Source: an uncultured Actinomycetes bacterium
Lineage (GTDB): Bacteria > Actinomycetota > Actinomycetes > Streptosporangiales > Streptosporangiaceae
DNA length: 64,000 nt
Reading direction: 5' to 3'
Assembly (NCBI GenBank): GCA_963813975.1
Contig: CAWFAP010000002.1
Location: forward strand, 57,876-121,875
Below, one piece after another: positions 10,265-18,176 of the stretch (position 1 is its first letter; each line of letters begins with the position of its first letter). Under the pieces are notes generated by a model. It did not search any database. It was not told the origin of the DNA and saw only the letters and a program-made list of their open reading frames with translations. The position numbers and the translations under genes were made by a program.

Positions 10265-10572
10265 TCTGGTAGGTATCAGCCTCGATGAGGAAGTCGGCGG
10301 TCTGGCCGGCATGGGGGGGCCGACCTGGATGCGCTGGCCGCCGATCATGATCGCGCCACTGTGCGGCCCGGCATGCGCTAGGCAATACATCGCAGCCACG
10401 GTAGTAGTTCACCCGCCCCGTCCTGATCGGGTCTTCCGGCCCGTGGGCGATCCTCGTTTGCGCAGTCGAAGCCGACGCCTTCTGCATGATGAGCGGGCAT
10501 GGGCACGATACCGAGGACCCATCTGTCGCCGCGCGCTTCAGTCAGAGCAGTGCTGAGCGGAGCGGCGGGTTC

Positions 10573-11458
10573 TCATGCCTCCGGGATGTCGCGGCCGAAG
10601 GCCTCGAGGGTGATTGCGTCGGGCTCGGGGCCGCCGCGTCGGCCGGTGTCGAGGCCGTCGATCGCGGTCATCTCGCCGGCGGACAGCTCGAAGTCGAAGA
10701 CGTTGATGTTCTCCGCGATGCGGCTGGGCTTGGTGGACTCTGGAATCACCGAGCGTCGGTGTTGCAGACCCCAGCGCAGCATCACCTGGGCGGGGGTCTT
10801 GCCGTGGGTCCTGGCGATGGCTCCGATGACCGGGTCGTCGAGGGTGCTGCCGTGGCTACCGTCGCGGTAGAAGGTGATGCCGCCGATCGGTGACCAAGCC
10901 TGGGTGAGGATCGCCGTGCTCGGCGCCGAAGTCCTGCACCTTTTGCTGGGCGAAGTAGGGGTGGACCTCGATCTGGTTGACGGCCGGCACCACCGTCGTG
11001 CGGTCGAGCAGCGTGGTGAGGTGCTCGACCATGAAGTTGCTCACCCCGATCGCGCGGACCTTGCCGTCAGCCTGCAACGTCTCCAGGGCCCGGTAAGCCT
11101 CCAGGGTCCGGTCGAACGCCGACGGCAGTGCCTGGTGCAGGATCAGCAGGTCGATCTGGTCGACGCCGAGCTTGCGGGAGCTCTTCTCGAAGCCGTGCAG
11201 CGTCTCCTCGTACCCGTAGTCACTGATCCAGATCTTGGTCTCCAGGAAGACCTCCGATCGATCCAGGGCGGAACTGTGGACGGCCTCTCCGACCTGCTGT
11301 TCGTTGCCGTAGGCCGCTGCGGTGTCGATATGGCGGTACCCGGTGTCGAGTGCGGCCCGGACGGCGTCGCGGGTTTCGGCCGGGGGTGTCTGGAAGACCC
11401 CGAGGCCAAGCGCGGGCATCTCGACGCCGTTGTTGAGGGTGATGGGTTTCCATGTCAT
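10573..11458 (-). pseudogene. aldo/keto reductase interrupted by a single frameshift
   Basis: The N-terminal 190 aa (ORF 10856-11488, from MTWKPITLNNG..LGVFQ..DTAAAYGNE) and the C-terminal part (ORF 10573-10785, ..VMLRWGLQHRRSVIPESTKPSRIAENINVFDFEL) are one AKR. The frame changes within cacggcgatcctcac (minus-strand sequence) at about 10906-10918. Confidence 0.8.
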
Positions 11459-11896
11459 TGGCCTTTCTGTTCGAGCTAGTAGCGTCACCGGGTTCGGGGC
11501 TTCACGTTAGTGAGATGCCTGTGCGACTGCTGCGCCCGGACGCACGGATGACCCGGGCACCCTGGTGACCGGTGAGGGATGGATTACCTCTCCTTGCCAC
11601 GTATGCAACGCCCGCCGTCGGCCTCTGCGGCAGAGACGGTCTTTCCCGGTATGGCCAGACCCTCCCAGTGGGAGCCCGGTCCACCAGCCGGACCAGATAC
11701 GGTCGGCGGGGTACCGGCGCCCCAGCCCGGTTGGCAACTGCTCGCGGGCGCCCCAGTTCACCACTGATCCCCGTTTCCCGGGGTAGTTGTCGCCGCGACG
11801 AGGACGCAAGCACCGGACGCCAGCCGCCGTCCGGAAAGACCTGCCCCAGCGGCGCAGCCAGGGTCGCGCGGCTCAGTCGAGCGAAGGAGGCCGGAC

Positions 11897-12769
11897 ATGG
11901 TCGTCACCGAATACACCGAATACAACGTCGGGCCAGGCGCTTACGGTGTGGCCATCGCCGCGGACGGCGCCGTGTGGACCAGCCTGGTCGAGCGCGGTGA
12001 GCTGGCCCGCGTCGCCCCTGGCGGGCAGGTCAGCCGGGTGCGTCTCGACCCTGCGGACAGCCGTCCGATGGTCCTGGCCCTTGGTCCCGATGCTGCGGTC
12101 TGGTTCAGCCGGGGCGACGGGCGGATCGGCCGGGTCGCGCCCGACGGCGCTGTTTCCTCGGTGCCCGTGCTCACCCCGGCTGGCTCACCCTACGGACTGT
12201 GCGCCGGCCCGGACCAGACCCTGTGGTACACCCTGCTGACCGCCGACCGGATCGGGCGCATCGCCTCCGGCGGCCAGATCGAGGAGTTCCCGCTGGCGGC
12301 GGGCAGCATGCCGTCGCTGATCACCGCCAGCGTGGATGGCACGGTATGGTTCACCCTCAACCAGGCCCATGCCATCGGCATGATCACACCTGCCGGCGAG
12401 ATCACTACCTACCCGCTGCCGACGGCCGGCGCGGCACCGGTCGGCATCCACGCCGGCCCTGAGGCTGTATGGTTCACCGAAATCGGCGCTGGCCGGATCG
12501 GACGCGTCTTTCCCGGCGGGCGGATCGAAGAATTTCCGCTGCCCGACCCCTCCTGCCGGCCGCACGCGATCGCCGCGGCTGACGATGGGGGATGCTGGGC
12601 GACACTCTGGGCCGCCAGCTCGGTCGTCCGCCTCGACGTGGAAGGCCGCCTCGCCAGGGAAATCAGCTTCCGGGCCGGATCCGAGCCACATGGACTGGCT
12701 CTCGCCCCCGACGGAACACCGTGGGTCGCGCTGGAGACGGGCTCCCTGGTGCACCTGACCGCCACCTGA
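11897..12769 (+). CDS. vgb: virginiamycin B (streptogramin B) lyase-type beta-propeller protein
   Basis: Blades of the form GP....WFT......IGR....G...EFPLP repeat, as is typical of Vgb. A GAAGGAGG RBS lies 6 nt upstream of the ATG at 11897. Confidence 0.8.
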   Translation: MVVTEYTEYNVGPGAYGVAIAADGAVWTSLVERGELARVAPGGQVSRVRLDPADSRPMVLALGPDAAVWFSRGDGRIGRVAPDGAVSSVPVLTPAGSPYGLCAGPDQTLWYTLLTADRIGRIASGGQIEEFPLAAGSMPSLITASVDGTVWFTLNQAHAIGMITPAGEITTYPLPTAGAAPVGIHAGPEAVWFTEIGAGRIGRVFPGGRIEEFPLPDPSCRPHAIAAADDGGCWATLWAASSVVRLDVEGRLAREISFRAGSEPHGLALAPDGTPWVALETGSLVHLTAT

Positions 12770-12919
12770 CGCGGGCCATCCCGGGTAGCAGACCCAGACG
12801 ATGCCGACCGCTGGCCCAGATCAGCCAGATCTGCCGCAATGCCAGGCGGCACTGTTGTGGGCAAACAGCCACGCCGGATGCTGAACAGCCACGCCGTGGG
12901 CCCGCGCGCACTCCCCACG

Positions 12920-13513
12920 TCATATGCCGGTCGGCCGCCCGTCGAGGACCCAGTCCAGGCCGTCTGCCGGATCTGGCTCATAGCGGCAGTTCAGGCCAGT
13001 GTGAATGCGGGTTTGCAAGTGTCGTCCGAGTGGCCCGTCAATCCCGGGCGAGCTCATGCAGAAGCGCGTCGCGTTCTGTCCGCAGCGAGCCCAGCCGGCC
13101 GATGTCGGACCAGTCCTCGGCCTCAGTGACCTCGAGCTCGAGGTCGCGCAGCCGTTGCCGGTAGGCCCTGAGGGCACGGGTGTCGAGGAGGTCGCCGAGT
13201 CCTGATTCCACGGCGGCTCCCGCACCGGCCCGACGAGATCCAGCGCGGCGACCGGCTGGCCCGCACGGCGCAGCAACTCCCTCAGGTATCCGTATCCACG
13301 CAGGGCCCTGAGCGGCACGGCTGCCCCCTCGGGCCCGATCAGCCAGAGCCCGCCCGGAACCGGATGCAGATATACGCGAAGGGACCCGCCGGACCCGTCG
13401 TCCGCTGCTGGCGGCCCCCATGCCGGGGTGTAACCGCCGAGATGTGCGTAGCGACCCTCGATCTGCGCCTCGTTGACCATGACCGGAGTCATCATTCGGT
13501 TGGCACTCGGCAT
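12920..13513 (-). pseudogene. conserved-hypothetical (regulator-like) gene with two frame changes and an apparent internal deletion
   Basis: A perfect AAGGAGG RBS precedes the ATG at 13513. The N-terminal part (..LRALRGYGYLRELLRRAGQPVAALDLVG) is in one frame. The middle part (..ESGLGDLLDTRALRAYRQRLRDLELEVTEAEDWSD..RTERDALLHELARD) is in a second frame. The C-terminal part (..GPLGRHLQTRIHTGLNCRYEPDP) is back in the first frame. Confidence 0.5.
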
Positions 13514-13751
13514 GATGTCCTCCTTGTGAAGGGTGAGACTGACACCCTTCAGGCGTGACAACTGCCAGAACACCGTGACGCCGGCCATCACGGCGCTGGC
13601 CCCTACGGGACCATGCGCACCCGCACGTAACGTGCTTGGGAGCAGAGACGTCGATGACGCACTGGCCAGTGAGGGCACGGGAGGGTAGCTGCCGCCTCGG
13701 ATGCGGCCGCTGGCAGGCGGCCATCCCGGCCACTGGCTGGCACCAATGCGG

Positions 13752-14264
13752 CTACCCGACCTGGACCGGAGGCGGTGAGTCGAGCGGGCGGAGTTCGTCG
13801 GCATAGCAGACCGACGCGCGGCGCAGCACGCCAGCGTCATCGATGGTGTACTGACCGAGCCGCCATAGCGGGGGTGAGTACGCGTGCAGGGAGATGGTCT
13901 GCTCAGCCTCACCGGTGAGCCGGTGAATATGGTCAGGCCCGAAGGAGAACGAGCAGCCTGCGGCGACGGCCGTCTGCACATGGACCCCCCCGATGCGGGG
14001 GTTGGACTCCATGAGCGCGCCCCGCACCACGCGGACCGCTCCGCAGGAGACGTCGTGGTCGTGCCAGCCTGTGTCGTTGCCGGGAGACCAGCAGATAAGC
14101 CAGACGTCTACGTACTCGTCTCGGTGGATCGAGGCGTAGTGCCGCCGTCCGCCGGCGTAGGCAACCTGGTCGCTCCATATATCCGGAGAGCCGGCCAGGT
14201 TCCCGACAAGCTCAGCCAGTTCGCGCTGGTCGAGACACCGGGCGGGTAGCGTGGAAATGGTCAT
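13752..14264 (-). CDS. cysteine dioxygenase type I-like cupin
   Basis: The cupin metal site WHDHD....GA.RV.RG and the PDHIHRL motif are present. The size (170 aa) fits bacterial CDO homologues. Confidence 0.8.
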   Translation of the reverse strand: MTISTLPARCLDQRELAELVGNLAGSPDIWSDQVAYAGGRRHYASIHRDEYVDVWLICWSPGNDTGWHDHDVSCGAVRVVRGALMESNPRIGGVHVQTAVAAGCSFSFGPDHIHRLTGEAEQTISLHAYSPPLWRLGQYTIDDAGVLRRASVCYADELRPLDSPPPVQVG

Positions 14265-15219
14265 GGCGGTGCTTCTCTCCTTGCTGCGGGACGGTCAGAT
14301 CCTGGCTTCGGAGCAGGCGGTCACCCTGAAGCAGCCGGGCCGGGTTGGTCACGCGGATCGCGCGGCGGGCAGCCTCGCCGAGGCCGGGATCGGGGTGCGG
14401 CTGCGCGTACGGCCGGTCCGAGCCGAATACGAGCATGTCAACGCCGAGCACACGAAGTACCGAGTCCACTGCGCGGTTGCCGTAGCTGGACGTTTCGGCG
14501 AACATGCCCGGATCGACAACGCCCCGCGCCAGCGGGTCCTCACCGCCGCGGGCAGCGAGCCGCTCGCCGTGCAGCGGCCCGAGACCGGCCAGCGCAGTGA
14601 AGCAGACCCGTAGCCGCGGGTACGCCGGCCGGCCGTAGGCGCGGAACGCGAACCATGCCGCATGGAGCTGCTGGACATAGGGGACAAGAGCGGGCCACCA
14701 CGCCGGGCCGGCCGCCGTCGCCCCAGCCGCGGGCCCGGGGTGGATGAAGAGCGGGAGGTCCCGCTCGGCCAGGACGTCGAGCAGCGGGCTGCACCTGCGG
14801 TAGCCGGACTCGTCGGCGACTGCGGTGGCCGGCAGCTGGAGCCCGGCGAACCCGCGGTCGAGCTGCCTGGCCAGGCCAGGCCCGTCGATCGCCGTCAGGC
14901 AGGCCGCGGCCCAGCCGCCGAACGGGGAGCCCATTCCCGTGACCCCGTCGTGGTAAGCGTCGAGGAGTGGCCCGGCCTCCCCGGGCGCCAGGTACTCGAT
15001 GCCGAGCGGGCTTGACAGGCCGACGATAACGAGATCAGCCCCGTCGCGGGCTGCTTGTGCGGCACGCCGTCCGATGTCGTGATCCACCGGATTCACGGTG
15101 AAGGGCGGTTCACCGGAGGTGAGCAGCGTCCAGCCATCCAGCCGCGGCGGCTGTGATCGCCGGCGCAACTCCTCGACGAGCACGTCCGGCCAGACGTGCT
15201 GATGGATGTTGACGTGCAC
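14212..15219 (-). CDS. amidohydrolase-2 (ACMSD-like) family metal-dependent hydrolase
   Basis: The N-terminus is HVNIHQHVWP (HxH metal motif), with FIHPG and VFGSDRPY further on. Its 3' end overlaps the cupin gene start by about 50 nt. Confidence 0.8.
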   Translation of the reverse strand: MHVNIHQHVWPDVLVEELRRRSQPPRLDGWTLLTSGEPPFTVNPVDHDIGRRAAQAARDGADLVIVGLSSPLGIEYLAPGEAGPLLDAYHDGVTGMGSPFGGWAAACLTAIDGPGLARQLDRGFAGLQLPATAVADESGYRRCSPLLDVLAERDLPLFIHPGPAAGATAAGPAWWPALVPYVQQLHAAWFAFRAYGRPAYPRLRVCFTALAGLGPLHGERLAARGGEDPLARGVVDPGMFAETSSYGNRAVDSVLRVLGVDMLVFGSDRPYAQPHPDPGLGEAARRAIRVTNPARLLQGDRLLRSQDLTVPQQGEKHRHDHFHATRPVSRPARTG

Positions 15220-15303
15220 AGTGCTCCTCTGCCGGTGCCTGGGCTGATCTCATGGCCGGGCCAGCTGCGAGCGGGGCCGGGCCTGGCTTTACTGATCCGG
15301 TTC

Positions 15304-15344
15304 ACTGAAGCGGTTCAGTTACACGTTTCAGTGAACCGCTTCAG
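15304..15344. promoter_or_regulatory. two LacI-type palindromic operator candidates
   Basis: The sites are ACTGAAGCGGTTCAGT (15304-15319) and CAGTGAACCGCTTCAGT (15328-15344). Each is a TGAA..CG..TTCA-type palindrome, and they are mutually inverted. They lie between the amidohydrolase operon and the divergent LacI gene. Confidence 0.5.
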
Positions 15345-15486
15345 TAGTGGCAGCGTCAAGGCCTGGCCGCCTGCGGGCCCGCTGAGCACGGAATGTGCCG
15401 TTAGGCTTGTGCGCGGCGTGGCGGGCTGGCACGGTGGCCGCGGCGGCTAGGCTGGTAGAGGCGGGCAAATCCTAGGTTGGGAAACG

Positions 15487-16497
15487 GTGCCCCAGCGACC
15501 CAAGCGCGCGACGATCCGCGAGGTGGCAGAGGTGACGGGGTTGTCGCCTGCCGCTGTCTCCTACGCCCTGCGGGGCATCCAGACGTCTGAGGAAACTCAG
15601 GAGCGGGTGCGCGTCGCCGCTGCCGAGCTTGGCTATAACGTTGACCGCATCGCGCGCGCCCTGGCCAGCGGCCGGACCGGCACGGTAGGACTGCTGTTCG
15701 GTTCGCTGGAGGATCTGTGGCAGCAGCTGCTCGGTGTCGGCATAGGCCGCGCGCTGCTGGCCCGTGATCATTACGCCCTTCTCGTGGACGCCGCGGGCGA
15801 CCCCGAACGGCAGTTGCTTCTTGCCCGCCAGCTCCGCGACCAGCGGGTGGACGGTCTCATCGTCCATCCACTCGATCCATCCGATGAGAGATGGCCGCAG
15901 CTGGCGGAGAGCCTGCCCATGGTGTCGATCGGCGACGCGCTGCGCGGGCGGGCCGCTGGCGAGGTGGTGTTCGACAACCGCTCCGGGGTCACACTTGCCC
16001 TGGAGCATTTGCACAAGCTCGGCCACCGGCGGATCGGCGTGCTGACCCCGACTCAGCCAAGCACTCCGGACCGCCCGTCCGATATTCATGTCACCGCCGA
16101 GGCTGAGCGGCTCGGCCTCGACGTGAGCATCATCAGCTCGCCATCCGCGCTCACGGCAGCAACCGACGTGGCCCATGAGGTGCTGTCGGCAGCAGGCCGG
16201 CCAACGGCACTGTTCTGCTTCGCCGACTCCATCGCCTACGGCGCCTACGCGGCCGCCAGTGAACTCGGCCTGCGCATCCCGGACGAGGTATCGATCTCCG
16301 GCTACGACAATCACCCGATGTCTGCGCTGCTGACACCAGCGCTCACCACGATGGACTGGAATGTCGATGGAATCGTCCGGGCCGCCGTCCGGCTTATCCT
16401 GGCCGCTATCGAGGGGAAGCCTTACCGCCGCCGCACCGTCCAGCCACCGCGCCCGCGTGAGCGCGGCTCCACCGGGCCGCCCGGGACGCGGGCGTAA
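15487..16497 (+). CDS. LacI-family transcriptional regulator
   Basis: The N-terminal HTH is ATIREVAEVTGLSPAAVSYALRG, followed by a periplasmic-binding-protein-like sugar-binding fold. Confidence 0.9.
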   Translation: MPQRPKRATIREVAEVTGLSPAAVSYALRGIQTSEETQERVRVAAAELGYNVDRIARALASGRTGTVGLLFGSLEDLWQQLLGVGIGRALLARDHYALLVDAAGDPERQLLLARQLRDQRVDGLIVHPLDPSDERWPQLAESLPMVSIGDALRGRAAGEVVFDNRSGVTLALEHLHKLGHRRIGVLTPTQPSTPDRPSDIHVTAEAERLGLDVSIISSPSALTAATDVAHEVLSAAGRPTALFCFADSIAYGAYAAASELGLRIPDEVSISGYDNHPMSALLTPALTTMDWNVDGIVRAAVRLILAAIEGKPYRRRTVQPPRPRERGSTGPPGTRA

Positions 16498-16550
16498 CCA
16501 AGCGGGGGCCGCCGCGGATCAGCTTGAGTTGATAGCCGGCGACGCCACCC

Positions 16551-17936
16551 TTAGCGGTATCCCCCGCATTCCTGGCCGCCGGCGCGGCGGCACGGGCACC
16601 CATCGGAACACTTCGCCGGGCAGCCCTGGTCACCGTGGCAGCCGGGCAGCAGGATGGCACCAACGCCCGGGATGGCCTGGGCCCTCGCCTTGGCGAGCAG
16701 TGCGGCGGCCGCCTGCTGGCCGTTCTCCCCGGTGCGGGACATCCGCGCGGCGATGAGCCCGGTCACGACCGGAGTCGAGAAGGACGTGCCACTCCACTTG
16801 GCCATGCCGTAGAACTTCCTCTTCTCGCCTTTATACGGCCGGACATGGCATTTATATGTGCCCGTGGCATAGGCGTTGATGAGGTCCCGGCCCGGCGCAT
16901 ACACATCGACCCACCCGCCGTGATTGCTGAATGAGGCCCGGCTCCGCCAATCACCGGCGAGCGCGCCGACCGAGACCACCTCGGCGAAGGCTGCCGGCCA
17001 GCTCGGCCGCCGGGAACCGCTGTTACCCGCCGCGACGACGCAGACCCCACCCTTGTACTGACCGAGCAGCTTAAGCCAGGCCTCGAAGGCGACCAGCGGA
17101 AGATCAGCCCTGGTTGGCGCGGCGATCGTCAGGTGGAAGATGTCCACGCCCAAGCTGAGCGCCGCGACGAGCCGGGGCACCAGATCTGATTCCAGCGTGC
17201 TGCCCGCGATCGCGAAAGCATTTGTCACGATGATGTCCGCGCCGGGTGCCAGGCATCGCGTCACGCCGGCGACGAACGTGCCATGTGCGGTGTAGGGCGG
17301 GATCGGGTCCCGGCTGTCCCCGGAGTCCAGGTCATTCGCATCACCTTGCCGGACCCCGGCCAGCCATGGGTGGCCGTGCGCCGGGCTGGCCAGCAGCCCG
17401 GTGTCGGCCAGGTAGATCAGTACCCCGGCACCGCCGTTGTCCCGGCACACCGAGGGGAAAGGCTCGGTCTTGTCGTACACCTCCTCAGGTTCCGTGGCCG
17501 GGCAGCCACCCGTGTTGCCTGCGACGGTCAGGACGTGATCCGGCGTCACTATTCCGCTGCCGAGATCCTGGTCGACCCGGTCCACTGCGTCGGGCACGGC
17601 GAGTTCCCGGCCCTTCCGCGGTGGACCGAGGGTGACCCGGACCACGCCCGCGATGACCCGCCGGATCCGCCCGCTCTCGCGCAGGCGGGCCTCAGGGGGC
17701 TGCTCGAGGATCTCCAGCACGCGGGCGAGGTACTGATCACGGACCAGGATCTGGTGAGTGGCGTACAGGTAGTCGAGCCGGTGATCGCGGTGGTCAACGG
17801 CAACACCGATCTCGGTCCCCGTCTTGCTCGACTCGCCTGAGCGGGCAAAGGCGCCGACTATAACCTCAACCTCATCGGCGATCGCGGGTTCGAGTTCTTC
17901 TCTCCAGTTACCTGCGTCGGTCACGGTTCCCCCCAA
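16551..17936 (-). CDS. S8-family (subtilisin-like) serine peptidase, no signal peptide, Cys-rich C-terminal tail
   Basis: The catalytic motifs are LADTGLL (Asp), AHGTFVAGV (His), AAGNSG and WSGTSFSTPVV (Ser). A non-catalytic N-terminal region of about 190 aa lacks any hydrophobic leader. The tail is CHGDQGCPAKCSDGCPC...EC. Confidence 0.9.
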   Translation of the reverse strand: MGGTVTDAGNWREELEPAIADEVEVIVGAFARSGESSKTGTEIGVAVDHRDHRLDYLYATHQILVRDQYLARVLEILEQPPEARLRESGRIRRVIAGVVRVTLGPPRKGRELAVPDAVDRVDQDLGSGIVTPDHVLTVAGNTGGCPATEPEEVYDKTEPFPSVCRDNGGAGVLIYLADTGLLASPAHGHPWLAGVRQGDANDLDSGDSRDPIPPYTAHGTFVAGVTRCLAPGADIIVTNAFAIAGSTLESDLVPRLVAALSLGVDIFHLTIAAPTRADLPLVAFEAWLKLLGQYKGGVCVVAAGNSGSRRPSWPAAFAEVVSVGALAGDWRSRASFSNHGGWVDVYAPGRDLINAYATGTYKCHVRPYKGEKRKFYGMAKWSGTSFSTPVVTGLIAARMSRTGENGQQAAAALLAKARAQAIPGVGAILLPGCHGDQGCPAKCSDGCPCRRAGGQECGGYR

Positions 17937-18176
17937 ATTCCGAGATTCTGGCTATGCCAATGACCGGATCTAAGGCAGGCCGGTAGCGCAGGACGCGAAC
18001 GCACCCGCGGCCCCGACGCCTGTTCGGAGCAATCGGCGAGCTGCGTGATACGTCCCGGCCGGGAAAGCTTTCGCCCTGCGGCCCCGGTTACTGCCCGTGC
18101 AATGCTATTAACAGAACGTGGAAAAGGTCGATAAAAGTCTGGCATGCCTTACGGGGATATTCAATAGACCAGGTGG

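Noticed and set aside
9929-10399. A 156-aa minus-strand ORF antisense to the hypothetical gene at 9863-10264.
   Set aside because: Most of it is Arg/His/Gln-rich noise. Only its first roughly 30 residues look protein-like, and those are treated as part of the possible cupin debris. The plus-strand ORF has the more regular helical composition, but neither is strongly supported.
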